A stretch of 64,000 nucleotides of DNA from an uncultured Gemmatimonadales bacterium (GTDB lineage Bacteria; Gemmatimonadota; Gemmatimonadetes; Gemmatimonadales; Gemmatimonadaceae): the NCBI GenBank assembly GCA_963701965.1, contig OY969695.1, positions 1,760,001 through 1,824,000 of the forward strand, written 5' to 3'. This document shows, piece by piece, positions 10,725 through 21,727 of the stretch. Positions within the stretch are counted from its first letter, which is position 1; each line of letters begins with the position of its first letter. The notes under the pieces were generated by a model. The model had not been told where the DNA came from. It searched no databases and was given only the letters and a program-made list of their open reading frames with translations. Both the position numbers and the translations under genes were made by a program.

Positions 10725-11834
10725 ATGACCACTGGAGAACGAATCGTGCACTCGCGCAGGGAATTCGTGACGCGGGCCCCGTTTGGCATCCTCGGCGCGG
10801 TCGCCGCCTGTCGCGGCGCGGCCGAGGGTGCGGCCGAGCACTCGCCGGACGCCGCGCCGGGAGCGCCGGCGGCGGCCGCCGCAGGTGGCGTGCTCACGTG
10901 GACGCCCAAGCACGAGGAGCTCGTGTACACGTTCGGCGGGGCCAAGCCGCTGCAGCGCATCGCGCCCGGCACGCGCATCGTCACTTGGACGGAGGATTGC
11001 TTCGACGGCACGGTGAAGACGTCGGCCGATCTCCCGTCCAAAGTCATGCCGGCCGGTCACGACAATCCGCAGACCGGTCCGTTCTTCGTCGAAGGCGCGG
11101 CGCCGGGCGACACGCTGGCGATCCACATCGTCAAGCTGACGCCGGCGCGCGCGTATGGCGTGTCGTCGTTCTCGCCGGGCTTCGGCGCGCTCGTCGCCAC
11201 GGATCAGACGGCCATGCTGGGGCCCAGCTTTCCCGAGTCGACGTGGCGCTACGACGTAGACGCCGCAAAGAACACGGCGCGCTCGACGTCGCACGACGGC
11301 AAGCACGTCTGGGACGTGCCGCTGGCGCCCTTCCTCGGCTGCCTCGGCGTGGCGCCCGCGGCCAATGAAGTCCGCTCCACGATCGTGCCGGGCACGTTCG
11401 GCGGCAACATGGACTGCCCGGAGGTGCGCGCCGGCAACACGGTCTACCTCGGGGTCAACATGCCCGGAGGATTGGTGTCATTCGGCGACGGGCATTACGC
11501 GATGGGCGACGGCGAGATCATGGGCGCCGCCATCGAGGGCGCGATGAACGTCGAAGTGATCGTCGATCTCGTCAAGGGAAAGTACACCCCAATTCCCCGC
11601 ATCGAGAACGACGACGAAGTGATGTTCGTCGGCTCGGGCCGTCCCCTCGAAGACGCGGCCCGCGTCGCGTTCAAGGCGATGGTCTCGTGGGTTCACGAAA
11701 CCGCGGGCCTCTCCGAGCTCGACGCCTACCAGTTCGTGTCCCAGAACGCGAAGGCACCGATCATCCAGATCGTCGACCCGGAGTACACCGTCCTCGTCAA
11801 GCTCTTGAAGAAGCGGCTTCCCGTGCACGCGTAG
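10725..11834 (+). CDS. Acetamidase/formamidase family protein with Tat-like signal
   Basis: SRREFV leader; NPQTGPFFVEGA, GGNMD, GDGHYAMGDGE. Confidence 0.88.
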   Translation: MTTGERIVHSRREFVTRAPFGILGAVAACRGAAEGAAEHSPDAAPGAPAAAAAGGVLTWTPKHEELVYTFGGAKPLQRIAPGTRIVTWTEDCFDGTVKTSADLPSKVMPAGHDNPQTGPFFVEGAAPGDTLAIHIVKLTPARAYGVSSFSPGFGALVATDQTAMLGPSFPESTWRYDVDAAKNTARSTSHDGKHVWDVPLAPFLGCLGVAPAANEVRSTIVPGTFGGNMDCPEVRAGNTVYLGVNMPGGLVSFGDGHYAMGDGEIMGAAIEGAMNVEVIVDLVKGKYTPIPRIENDDEVMFVGSGRPLEDAARVAFKAMVSWVHETAGLSELDAYQFVSQNAKAPIIQIVDPEYTVLVKLLKKRLPVHA

Positions 11835-11944
11835 CTTGCCGCGGGTCAGCGCGGCAGTACGGCTCAGGCTGCGATTGGCCGATACCGGCGCATCAATGCG
11901 ATACAATTCTAGGGAGACGCTTTACATCTCCCCGGAGTGGTATC

Positions 11945-12454
11945 ATGGCCGACCAGATTCTCTCCCAATCGGCGTACACCGCGATCATTAACGCGCCGAT
12001 CGACACGGTGGACATCGCGAACTGGCTGCTGCACCTCCCGGCCGCCGAGTACCAGCGATGCTGCGCACCCGACCATATCGCGTGCGGCGCGACGGCGACT
12101 GAGGACGGGCGCCCGATGTCGATCAACGTCGAACAGATCGGCGACGCGCTCATGATCCAGCAGTACGTCGGCGAGATCACCGACAGCCGCCACTGCCGCA
12201 TGGTCTCGCAGTCCAATGCCATCACGGCCGATGGCCGCACCAAAGTGCAGGTCGTGTGGGACCTGAGCGTGAAACCCATCGACAGCGAGCACTGCGAGTA
12301 CACCAACAGCGTGGTGGCCACCGCGCCGTCCGACGTCCTGACGTTGGGACAAGCCGCCGCGGACCACAACCGGCGCGAGACCCCAATGTTCGCCAAGAGC
12401 ATCGAGCGCAGCGCCCTCGCCGCGCACGGCGCCGCCCGCATGTTGGCCGACTAA
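11945..12454 (+). CDS. Hypothetical protein (possibly START/SRPBCC-like)
   Basis: GGAG RBS, protein-like composition (AEYQRCC, SINVEQIG, HNRRETP). Confidence 0.6.
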   Translation: MADQILSQSAYTAIINAPIDTVDIANWLLHLPAAEYQRCCAPDHIACGATATEDGRPMSINVEQIGDALMIQQYVGEITDSRHCRMVSQSNAITADGRTKVQVVWDLSVKPIDSEHCEYTNSVVATAPSDVLTLGQAAADHNRRETPMFAKSIERSALAAHGAARMLAD

Positions 12455-12486
12455 CGGAGCCCCTCTGCAACCCGGCGCCCGCCGGA

Positions 12487-13995
12487 TCAGACGAGGCCCG
12501 TCCGCGGCAGCCGGAGGGTGAACCGCGAACCGCCGCCGAGGACGCTCTCCACCGTCAGGTCCCCGTGCATGGCGCGAGACAACTCGCGGCTGATCGAGAG
12601 CCCGAGCCCGATGCCCTCTTGCGCGCGCGCCCGGCGCTGATCCACCTGGACGAACGGATCGAAGATCGCCTCCAGCTTGTCCGCCGGGATCCCCCGCCCC
12701 GTGTCGGCGACCGTCACGAACACATCGCGCCCGTCCGACGCGCAGGACAGCACGACCGCGCCGCCCGACGGCGTGAACTTGAACGCGTTGGACAGCAAGT
12801 TGAGCAAGATCTGCTGCACCTTGTCCGCGTCGGCGAGCGCCGTGAGCGCCGTGTCGCACGGATCGACGCGGAACGCCAGCCCGCGCTCGGTGGCCAGTCC
12901 CTCGACCATCTCGACGCACGCCGCGACCGCGCCAGCGACGTTGATGGCCTCGATATCGTACGTCACCATGCCCCGCTCCAGGCGCGCGAAGCTCAAGAGC
13001 GCGTTGATGAGCCCCGCCAACGTCACCTGACTGCGCCGGATCTTCTCCAGGTCCGCCAGCTGCGCATCGTTCATCGGCCCGCGAATGCCGAGCGCCAGCA
13101 ACTGCACGAACCCCGCGATGGCGTTGAGCGGCGTGCGGAGCTCGTGGCTCGCCACCGCCAGGAAGTCGCTCTTGGAGCGGTTCGCGGCCTCGGCGACCCG
13201 CCGCGCCGTATCGGCACGCTCCAGTAGCGTCTCCCGTTCGCGTTCACTCTGCCGGCGGGCCGTGATGTCGGTGAGCACGCACACGACCGGAGTGCCCGGG
13301 AGTCCCACGTCCCGCTCCAGGCGACTGGCGGTCACCGAGTACCACCGCCCGCCGATCGGGAGCTCCACGCGCCCGGGAGGAGCCGCCGCGATCAGCACCA
13401 TGAGGCCATCGCTCTCCGTGCCCGCGAGCCCGGCCGCCTCCCACGCCTCGCGGAGCGTGTGCCCGACGACATCGCGCGGCTCGCGTCCCAGGAGCCGACC
13501 CGCTGCCCGGTTGCAGCGGCGGATCGTTCCGTCGTCTTCCACGATCATGATCGCATCGCCGATCGTATCGAACGTCACCACCCACTCGCGCGCGGCGCGC
13601 CGAGTTTGCTGTTCGGCCTCGCCAGTCCGCAACAACGCCCGCGCCGTCGCCAGGAATACGATCGGCTCGACCGGATGTGTCATGTAGGCGTCGGCCCCCG
13701 ACTCGAGACCGTGGGTCTGATCGGAGGCCCCGGTCAGGGACGCCGACACGTGCATCATGGGGATCGACGCCGTCGTCACGTCACGCCGGAGCGTGCGTAC
13801 CACGTCGAACCCCAGCATGTCGGGGAGATTGACGTCGATCACGATCAGGTCCGGGTACTCCGCCGCGAGGCGCAGCGCGTCCTGACCAGCGTCGGCCTCC
13901 ACGACCTCCATGCCCGCATTGCGCAGCAGCCAGACGATGACATGGCGGCTGGCCTCGTCGTCTCCGACGACCAGGATATGCGGTACCCGGGCCAC
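12487..13995 (-). CDS. Hybrid sensor kinase REC-PAS-HisKA-HATPase
   Basis: DLIVIDVNLPD receiver; SHELRTPLNAI; NLLSNAFKFT; DTGRGI; GIGLGL; start uncertain. Confidence 0.88.
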   Translation of the reverse strand: MARVPHILVVGDDEASRHVIVWLLRNAGMEVVEADAGQDALRLAAEYPDLIVIDVNLPDMLGFDVVRTLRRDVTTASIPMMHVSASLTGASDQTHGLESGADAYMTHPVEPIVFLATARALLRTGEAEQQTRRAAREWVVTFDTIGDAIMIVEDDGTIRRCNRAAGRLLGREPRDVVGHTLREAWEAAGLAGTESDGLMVLIAAAPPGRVELPIGGRWYSVTASRLERDVGLPGTPVVCVLTDITARRQSERERETLLERADTARRVAEAANRSKSDFLAVASHELRTPLNAIAGFVQLLALGIRGPMNDAQLADLEKIRRSQVTLAGLINALLSFARLERGMVTYDIEAINVAGAVAACVEMVEGLATERGLAFRVDPCDTALTALADADKVQQILLNLLSNAFKFTPSGGAVVLSCASDGRDVFVTVADTGRGIPADKLEAIFDPFVQVDQRRARAQEGIGLGLSISRELSRAMHGDLTVESVLGGGSRFTLRLPRTGLV

Positions 13996-14221
13996 GGTCC
14001 CAACAGTCAGCAAGATGGGCGCCGCCTGATCGCAACCCGTCGCGCAACCGAACATCCCGTCCGGGAAACGAACACCCGTCACACTGCAATTGGTTGACAA
14101 TCAGCTACTTACGCCCGGAACGGCGCTGGCATGTTGGATTCCCGCGCGATGCGCGCCCAGTGAGGGTCCGGCGCGCTCCGCTGGACTGGGATTTGCGCGC
14201 ACTCGCCGTCATGTTGGTGCC

Positions 14222-14905
14222 ATGACCAGTCTGTTCGCGATCGTCGCGCTCGGCTTCATCCTGGGGCTTCGCCACGCGACGGACCCGGACCACGTGATCG
14301 CCGTGACGACGATCGTCGCCCGCCAGCGCACGCTGGCCGGGGCGGCGGCGATCGGGGCGGCGTGGGGCGTTGGCCACACGCTGACGATGCTCGTGGTCGG
14401 CGGCGGGATCATCATCTTCGGATGGGTGATCCCGCCCCGCATTGGGTTGTCGACCGAGCTGTCGGTTGGCGTGATGCTGATCGTGCTCGGGATCATGAAC
14501 CTGGCGGGGCGCCGGGACTCCGACCATGCGTTCGTGCATCGGCTGGATCACCGGTTCGGCGCGTTCGGTCCGTATCGCCTCGTGCGCCCGCTGTTCGTGG
14601 GCATCGTGCATGGCCTCGCCGGCTCGGCGGCCATCGCCTTGCTGGTGCTGGCGACGATCCAGAACCCGTACTGGGCCGTGGGCTACCTGATGATCTTCGG
14701 GCTGGGGACGATCGTGGGGATGATGGCGATGACGGCGGCGATCGTGGTGCCGTTCGCCTATACCGAATCCCGGCTCGACCGCCTCAACCGCGGGCTCCGC
14801 CTGACATCCGGCGTCATCAGCCTGACGTTTGGTTTGTTCGTGGCCTATCGCATTGGGATCGTCGACGGCCTGTTCACGGGCACGCCGCACTGGACGCCGC
14901 AGTAG
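14222..14905 (+). CDS. High-affinity nickel/cobalt transporter (NiCoT/UreH-like)
   Basis: [28 protein letters not shown]. Confidence 0.85.
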   Translation: MTSLFAIVALGFILGLRHATDPDHVIAVTTIVARQRTLAGAAAIGAAWGVGHTLTMLVVGGGIIIFGWVIPPRIGLSTELSVGVMLIVLGIMNLAGRRDSDHAFVHRLDHRFGAFGPYRLVRPLFVGIVHGLAGSAAIALLVLATIQNPYWAVGYLMIFGLGTIVGMMAMTAAIVVPFAYTESRLDRLNRGLRLTSGVISLTFGLFVAYRIGIVDGLFTGTPHWTPQ

Positions 14906-14934
14906 ATTTCAGTGGGACCTCGCAGGGGAGCGAC

Positions 14935-15447
14935 ATGACGGAACGGGCGATTCTGGCGGGCGGGTGTTTTTGGGGCGTACAGGATTTGATCCGCCGCTTG
15001 CCGGGCGTGATCTCCACGCGCGTGGGCTATTCGGGTGGCAATGTGCCGAACGCCACGTACCGGAACCACGGAACCCACGCCGAAGCCATCGAGATCATCT
15101 TCGATCCCGCCAAGATCAGCTATCGCCGGCTGCTGGAGTTCTTTTTCCAGATCCATGATCCGACCACCCGCAATCGTCAGGGCAACGATCTGGGTCTGAG
15201 CTACCGGTCCGCGATCTTCTATACGACGGACGAGCAAAAGGCGATCGCCGAAGACACCATCGCCGACGTCAACGCCTCGGGGTTGTGGCCGGGCAAGGTC
15301 GTCACCCAGGTCGCGCCGGCCGGCGCGTTCTGGGAGGCCGAGCCGGAGCATCAGGATTATTTGGAGCGCTACCCGGACGGGTACACCTGCCATTTCATCC
15401 GGCCGGACTGGGTGCTTCCCGCGCGCGCGACCGCGAGGCAAGCCTAG
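14935..15447 (+). CDS. msrA: Peptide methionine sulfoxide reductase A
   Basis: [33 protein letters not shown]. Confidence 0.96.
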   Translation: MTERAILAGGCFWGVQDLIRRLPGVISTRVGYSGGNVPNATYRNHGTHAEAIEIIFDPAKISYRRLLEFFFQIHDPTTRNRQGNDLGLSYRSAIFYTTDEQKAIAEDTIADVNASGLWPGKVVTQVAPAGAFWEAEPEHQDYLERYPDGYTCHFIRPDWVLPARATARQA

Positions 15448-15485
15448 CCACCCAGCCGGGCGGTAGGACTTTGGCACGCAATGCG

Positions 15486-15881
15486 TGCGAGGGACCGGAC
15501 CGCGCCATCTTCCTCGCCAGCACGTTGTACCTCGCGTTGGCGGAACCGGGCCACCCCATTGGTGACGCCATTCGCACTTACAACTACGCGCAGGATGGCC
15601 AGATCGTGGGCGAGCGGGCGCTGTTCGACCAGATCACGACACTCGACCCACAGCGACTCCAAGGCACGTTCAATGTGCCGGTCTTCGTGATCCAGGGCGC
15701 GCAAGATTGCACGACCCCCACCGACCTGGCCAAGCAGTGGGTGGCTTCGATATCGGCGCCACGCAAAGAGTTCTTGACCATTCCGGGCGAGGGGCATTTC
15801 GCGGCGTTCATCAAGTCGGATGAATTCCTCAAAGACCTCATCGAGCGCGTGCGTCCGCTGGCGGTCGCCAAGACACCATAA
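15486..15881 (+). pseudogene. C-terminal fragment of an alpha/beta hydrolase
   Basis: VPVFVIQGAQD..TP and GHF present; no start and no GxSxG nucleophile half. Confidence 0.65.
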
Positions 15882-15950
15882 CGCGCTCCGGAGCCCGGGC
15901 GTCGCCAAAACGTTGCTATCTTTGCAGCAGCTCACCATCTGATCGAGTCA

Positions 15951-16487
15951 ATGCACATCCCCCGGTTACCTGTATTTCGTGTCACCATCGCCGTTATAGT
16001 CGCCGCGGCACCCGCGCGTGGTCAGCAGATGACGGCGCCGGCCTGGGGCGCGCTCACTCGGCTGGTGGGCACTTGGGTCGCGGATAGCGGCAGCGGTGGG
16101 AAGCCCGGCGTTGCCATCCGCGGCGGCGAAGCATGGTCCCGCGATCTCGATGGACGGGTGCTCGTCCGGCGCGACTATTCGGAATATGCCGCGACGCCGG
16201 CCCGGGCGGCGTTCCGGCATGAAGGACTCACCGTGATCTCGCCGGCGCCCGATGGGGGGATGGTCGCTCACACGTACGATTCCGAGGGACACGTGATCGA
16301 CTACGTCGTCGCCGTGACCGATACCGTGATTGTCTTCACGTCACCGCCAACCGCTTCCACACCGCAGTTTCGTCTCACCTATAGGCCACGCGGTACTGGC
16401 TACGCCGTGACGTTCGAGATTGCGCCGCCGGGTCGCGCCGGGCAGTTCCAACGATACGTCGCGGGGAGCCTGCGCCGAGCACCGTAG
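15951..16487 (+). CDS. Secreted hypothetical protein (beta-barrel-like)
   Basis: Signal peptide, LVGTW, YDSEGHVI.Y, FRLTY, FEIAPPG. Confidence 0.7.
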   Translation: MHIPRLPVFRVTIAVIVAAAPARGQQMTAPAWGALTRLVGTWVADSGSGGKPGVAIRGGEAWSRDLDGRVLVRRDYSEYAATPARAAFRHEGLTVISPAPDGGMVAHTYDSEGHVIDYVVAVTDTVIVFTSPPTASTPQFRLTYRPRGTGYAVTFEIAPPGRAGQFQRYVAGSLRRAP

Positions 16488-16546
16488 TCGGCGAAGGAGT
16501 CACTCATGCAGTTCAGACACCGGTCGATCCGCGTCGCCGTAGGTGT

Positions 16547-17101
16547 CTACCGCACGATGAACGGAGTCAGGCCACCAACTGATTCGTCGATCAACGGGAT
16601 GCTCTTGATCACTTCCTTCACCGCCTCCTCGGGAAAGCCCGATTCGAGCGTGAACTGGTAGCCCGCGAATGCGTCCCGATTGTCGTCGAGCCCCCAGAAG
16701 AAGAAGTTGTGGTACGAGAACCGCAGCATCTGCTGCATCAACCCGTTCGGGTCGTGGACCCGGTTCAGATTGATGTGATGCCCATAGTACTGGGGGTACA
16801 CGCGCAACCAGATCGTCGCCTGACGCGTGACGGTAATGTAAATCTCCAAGCGCGACGACCAACGGAGCCCCTTGTCGTAGAAGCCGTCGAGGTCGAACGC
16901 ATTGCTCGCCCGATACCAGCGAATTGCCTGCGCTGGTTCGTAAGTGGCGATCACCGCCTTGAGTTTGTCCAACGTAGCGGCCTGCGCCGAATCCGCGGCG
17001 GACTGAGCAGCGACCGGCTGGAGCCCGCTCCCGGCGAGGGCAAGGGCGCATCCGTACCAGATCACGTTGGCTCGGGCCAGACCAACTATATCGGCCAGCA
17101 C
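16547..17101 (-). CDS. Secreted hypothetical protein, possibly YbjN-like fold
   Basis: Signal-like N-terminus; LMQQMLRFSYHNFFFWGLD, FTLESGFPEE. Confidence 0.6.
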   Translation of the reverse strand: MLADIVGLARANVIWYGCALALAGSGLQPVAAQSAADSAQAATLDKLKAVIATYEPAQAIRWYRASNAFDLDGFYDKGLRWSSRLEIYITVTRQATIWLRVYPQYYGHHINLNRVHDPNGLMQQMLRFSYHNFFFWGLDDNRDAFAGYQFTLESGFPEEAVKEVIKSIPLIDESVGGLTPFIVR

Positions 17102-17239
17102 TGTATGACCGTCGTCGCTAGGGTGAGCGTTTGATATCCCAGCCGTATGACGACCGTAAGACGTGAACCGCTACGGCACCCGACGTGCAGCCATGTCCGT
17201 GTCCTGCCTCTACACTCGTCGAGAATGCGAGAACCCACA

Positions 17240-18848
17240 ATGCCCCGACGCATCGCCGCCGCGATAGCTACCGCGTTGTTTATCACCGCTGCAGCCCCGA
17301 CTACACCCGTACCGCTCTACGACAACCTCGGCGATCACCACTACGCGATCACCACATCGTCGGACAGCGCACAACTGTACTTCGATCAGGGCCTGCGCCT
17401 GTACTACGCCTTCAATCACGCCGAGGCGATCCGGGCCTTCACCGAGGCGGCCCGTCGGGACCCCGACTGCGCGATGTGTTATTGGGGCACGGCGCTCGCC
17501 TACGGTCCCAACATCAACGCCATGATGGACTCGGCGAGTGGAGCCAAAGCATACGCCGCCCTGACGCGCGCCCGCGCCGCGCGCGGCGCCAACGCGCGCG
17601 AGCGCGCGCTCATTCGCGCACTGGGCGAGCGCTACGCCGCGGCGCCGACGACCGGTCGGGCCAGGCTCGATTCCGCGTACGCCAGAGCGATGAAGCAGGT
17701 GACGGAGCGCCACCCCACGGATGTGGAGGCCATGACGCTCTATGCGGAAGCGTTAATGGACCTGAGCCCCTGGAACTACTGGAGGCCGGACGGCTCCCCA
17801 CGCCCGCACACGCCCGATGTGCTCGAGCATCTCGATCGGGCGATCGCCATCGACCCTGTCCATCCCGGCGCCAACCATTTCTACATCCACGCCGTGGAAG
17901 CCGTCGACCCCGCACGCGCCCTGCCGATGGCCCAGCGGCTGGCGGGACTCATGCCCGGTGCCGGCCACCTCGTGCACATGCCGGGACACATCTACGTACG
18001 GGTCGGCCGATATCTCGATGCCGTCAAAGCCAACGAGCACGCCGTGCACGCCGACGAGACCTACATCCGCGACCAACAGCCGGGTGTCAGCACCTACACC
18101 GCCGGCTACTACCCGCACAATTACGACTTCCTCGCGTTCGCGGCGAGCATGCTCGGACGCAGCAGGCAATCGATCGAGGCCGCCGAGAAGATGGCGTCCC
18201 TCGCGTCACCGGAGATGCTGCGTGCGCCGGGCATGACGGTCCTGCAGTATCATCTCACGCGGCATCTCCAGCTCAAGGTCCGGTTCGCCCGCTGGGACGA
18301 CATCCTCGCGACCCGCCCGCCGCCCCGCGATCTGCCTCATGCCAGCGCCATGTGGGCCTACACGCGCGGGCGGGCGTTGATCGCCCGTGGCGATATCGCG
18401 AGCGCCGAGGCCGAACTGGCCCATCTCCGCGCCACGGCCCGCGATTCCACGGTCGGCCACCTGCGCCTCGAGTTCAACACATTGGGCGCCGTCTTGGCGA
18501 TCGCGGCCGAGGTGCTCGCGGGTCATTCTGGCGATGGCCAAGGGGGACCCCAAGCGCGCCATCAATCACCTGCGCGCGGCCGCCGGCCTCGAGGACGCAC
18601 TCGTGTACGGCGAGCCGCCCGAGTGGACGGTGCCAGTGCGACAGGACCTCGGGGTGCTCCTGCTCGCGGCCGGTCAATTCGCCGCCGCCGAGCAAGCGTT
18701 TCGCGAAGACTTGAGGCGCTTCCCCGAAAATGGCTGGTCGCTCTCGGGGCTCGCCAAGAGTCTCCGCGCGCAAGGGAAGGCCGCCGAGGCCCACGCGGTC
18801 GAGGAGCGTTTCCGGCAGGCGTGGGTCCACTCCGACACGCAAATCTGA
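17240..18848 (+). CDS. Secreted TPR-repeat protein, +1 frameshift at ~18527
   Basis: AQLYFDQGL, FNHAEA, GPNIN, HPGANHFYIH, GHLVHMPGHIY; C-terminus (YGEPPEW, PENGWSL) continues in ORF 18387-18848. Confidence 0.82.
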
Positions 18849-18854
18849 TACGTC

Positions 18855-19751
18855 TTATCCCACGGACGCCGGCTCGGCGGTGTCCGGCGTCGGGCTGGCG
18901 AGTCCCGCGATGACACGCACGTGGTCGGTCCGGCCCTTGATCGCCTGACGCCCGCCGTCCGGAAAGTCGATCCAGCCTTCGTTGAACCCATCGAGCATCC
19001 GCATACGAGGCTCGGGATTCTTCATGCCTTGCGAGCGAAACAGCGCGTTCCATGACTCGCGGGGCACCGGCACCGCCTGCACCGGTCGACCAAGGACGTT
19101 GGCGAATGCATTGGCCAGGTCGTTCGGCGAGACGCGACGCGGCCCCTCGAGCTCGACCACCCGTGTCCCCACCCACGTCTCCTGGATGAGCTCCGCGGCC
19201 ACCCGTCCGACGTCATCCGCGGCGACCATCGGAACCGCCCGGTTCGTTGGCATGAGGAAGCTGTAGATCACGCCGGTGTCGCGGGCCGATGCCACGTCCC
19301 ACGCGACGTTGTCGATGAACCAGGCGGGTCTCAATATCGTGAGCGGCAGCGGCAGCTTGCCCAAAGCGGCCTCGATCATCGTGCGCTGGGAGAGCAGGTT
19401 GTCGTGGACCGCGTCGGCGCCGATCGTCGACAGCAGGAGCACCTTCTTGGGACTGGTGGCCGTCAGCGCCTCGACGACGCTATCGATGACCGCCTGCGCC
19501 TCCGGATACCCCGGCGCGGGGTCGAACTCGGGCGGCGGCAGGATGAACACCGCCGTCGCGTCCGCGAACGCGGCGGTCAGCGCCGCTGCGTCGGCCATGT
19601 CGGCGACGGCGACCGCGCAGCCGCGCGCGGCCCAGACGTCGCCTTTCGGCCCGTCACGCACGATGGCGCGGACGGGCTGGCCCGCCGCCAGCAGCGTCCG
19701 CGCGAGCGCGCCGCCGACCTTGCCTGAGATTCCGGTGATGGCAAATGTCAT
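18855..19751 (-). CDS. NmrA family NAD(P)-binding protein
   Basis: ITGISGKVG Rossmann motif, LRPAWF, VAADDVG. Confidence 0.88.
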   Translation of the reverse strand: MTFAITGISGKVGGALARTLLAAGQPVRAIVRDGPKGDVWAARGCAVAVADMADAAALTAAFADATAVFILPPPEFDPAPGYPEAQAVIDSVVEALTATSPKKVLLLSTIGADAVHDNLLSQRTMIEAALGKLPLPLTILRPAWFIDNVAWDVASARDTGVIYSFLMPTNRAVPMVAADDVGRVAAELIQETWVGTRVVELEGPRRVSPNDLANAFANVLGRPVQAVPVPRESWNALFRSQGMKNPEPRMRMLDGFNEGWIDFPDGGRQAIKGRTDHVRVIAGLASPTPDTAEPASVG

Positions 19752-19805
19752 GACCGGCAGTCTAACCAGACTTGATGTATAAGCAAAATGCATTATTGCT
19801 ATACT

Positions 19806-20717
19806 ATGTATAACCTGAACGATATACGCCCATTATGTGTCTTACTCGAAGAGCGACACGTCTCGCGCGCCGCGGCGCGCTGCCACATGACCCAGCCCGC
19901 CATGAGCCGCGTCCTTGATCGCTTGCGCATCACCTTCGACGACGAGTTGCTCGTGCGCAGCGGTCGCACCTACGAGCGCACGCCGCGCGCCGAGCGGCTG
20001 CTGGCCGAGCTCCGCGACATTGTGGATCGGTTGGACGCTACGGTCGCCGGTGATCGGTTCGTCCCGGAGCAATGCGAGACCACGTTCCGCGTCTCGACCA
20101 CGGACTACGCGAGCGTCATCTTCCTGCCCCGCCTCCTGCGCGCCCTGGAACGACTCGCGCCCCGCACCGCGGTCGACGTGGCGATGTGGGACCAGCACAG
20201 CCTCGACGACGTCGCCGCGGGACGGATCGACGCGGCAATAACCAGCGTCACGAATCCCCAGTCGGCCCTGATCAGCGAACGCCTGTTCGACGACGATTAC
20301 GTGTGCATGGTCGCGGTCAATCATCCGCTCTCGGCGCGGCGCGTCGACCTCGGGTCGTATCTGGCATTCCGCCACGCCGTGGTGGACGTCATCCGCGGCG
20401 GACAACCGCCGGCGGACGAGCCCCTCGCCGCGCTCGGACGCCGCCGCCGCGTCGGATATCGCACGCCGTTCCTCGGCTCCGCCGTATTCGCGGTGGCCCG
20501 CACGTCGATGATCCTGACGGTGCCGCGCCGGTTGGCGGCGAGCTACGTCGGCAAGGTGCCCGTCCGGGTCGTCGCCGCCCCGCGCGAGCTGGCGACGTTC
20601 ACGTACTCGCTCGTCTGGCACAAACGCTTCGACGCATCGCTCCCCCACGTGTGGTTTCGGGAACGCATTCGATTGCTGGCTCGAGACGTGAGCCGCCCGC
20701 GAGCACGGCGCGCGTGA
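19806..20717 (+). CDS. LysR family regulator (NodD/LeuO-like)
   Basis: HVSRAAARCHMTQPAMSRVL HTH; divergent from NmrA gene. Confidence 0.92.
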   Translation: MYNLNDIRPLCVLLEERHVSRAAARCHMTQPAMSRVLDRLRITFDDELLVRSGRTYERTPRAERLLAELRDIVDRLDATVAGDRFVPEQCETTFRVSTTDYASVIFLPRLLRALERLAPRTAVDVAMWDQHSLDDVAAGRIDAAITSVTNPQSALISERLFDDDYVCMVAVNHPLSARRVDLGSYLAFRHAVVDVIRGGQPPADEPLAALGRRRRVGYRTPFLGSAVFAVARTSMILTVPRRLAASYVGKVPVRVVAAPRELATFTYSLVWHKRFDASLPHVWFRERIRLLARDVSRPRARRA

Positions 20718-20789
20718 GCTCCCTCACCCCATCAGGATGGCGGGTGATGGGATTCGCAGAGCGCCGCTCCCCACAAGGCGCAGTAGATC

Positions 20790-20900
20790 CCATAAGCCAC
20801 ACGCGACACTGTTGATGATGCGGTGCCAGTTCTCGGTGTAGCCGAACACCCACGGGGAGATCAGGATCCAGCAGCCGACAAACCCGAGGAGTAGTCGAGT
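20790..20900 (-). pseudogene. SPW-repeat membrane protein fragment
   Basis: Minus frame LLGFVGCWILISPWVFGYTENWHRIINSVACG with no start. Confidence 0.5.
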
Positions 20901-20904
20901 GCGC

Positions 20905-21081
20905 TTAGGCGCGGACGAGCTCGCCGTTGCTCTCGACCATACAGGTGTCGCAGCTCTGGATCGGGCCGAGCTGCGGATGGTAGCACACGTGGGGGACCGG
21001 AATCCCGACGCGGTTGATTAGATCGATGAGCCGCTCGCCTGCGACGGCGTCATGGACGATCCCGTCGATCGTGACGTTCAC
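20905..21081 (-). pseudogene. N-terminal stub of formate dehydrogenase alpha-like (YjgC/FdhF) molybdoenzyme
   Basis: VTIDG...VPHVCYHPQLGPIQSCDTCMVESNGELVRA then stop, just before the fourth 2Fe-2S Cys. Confidence 0.75.
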
Positions 21082-21210
21082 CGTATCCGTCTCTCCGGGA
21101 AATGGGGACGCGCGGGGGACCCGTCGCACAATTTGCGCCACGCCGCGCCCACGGGGCCCTCCCCCATTTGGCGAACTGGCATCCGCGATGCGCGCCCCCA
21201 TCTTGAACTC

Positions 21211-21681
21211 ATGACCGACGCACACGTGCCTTCGTTGTTCGAATGGGCGGGCGGCACACCCGCCATTGAGCAGTTGACCGCTCGCTTCTACGACAACGTC
21301 AAGCGCAATGCCATCCTGGCGCCCATCTTCGCGCACATGGACGCGCACCACCCGCATTTCGTGGCCCAGTTCATCGCCGAGGTGCTCGGTGGACCGGCCG
21401 CGTACAGCGCCGAGCGCGGTGGTCACCCGCACATGATCCGCCAACATCTCGATCGCCATCTGACCGAGGCCCAACGTCGCGCGTGGGTGAATCTCCTGCT
21501 GGACACCGCCGACGAAGTGGGTCTACCGGCCGACCCGGAGTTCCGGTCGGCGTTGGTGGCCTACCTGGAGTGGGGCTCGCGGTTGGCCGTGATCAATTCC
21601 CAGCCCGGAGCGTCGGCCGTGCCTGGCGCGCCCATGCCGAGCTGGAGTTGGGGTGTTCCGGGCGGCCCGTATCGCGGCTAG
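21211..21681 (+). CDS. Group II truncated hemoglobin
   Basis: LFEWAGG, FY, EVLGGP..YS, H, W..L, PEFRSAL..Y.EWGSR, WSWG tail. Confidence 0.88.
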   Translation: MTDAHVPSLFEWAGGTPAIEQLTARFYDNVKRNAILAPIFAHMDAHHPHFVAQFIAEVLGGPAAYSAERGGHPHMIRQHLDRHLTEAQRRAWVNLLLDTADEVGLPADPEFRSALVAYLEWGSRLAVINSQPGASAVPGAPMPSWSWGVPGGPYRG

Positions 21682-21727
21682 TGCGCGGCGACACGTGCCA
21701 GGCGTCGTTGTCGCGTAAGTTTGCACT

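Noticed and set aside
14085..14113. Imperfect palindrome GCAATTGGTTGACAATCAGCTACTTAC as a recombination site
   Set aside because: Single weak instance in a divergent promoter; cannot be told apart from a promoter or operator
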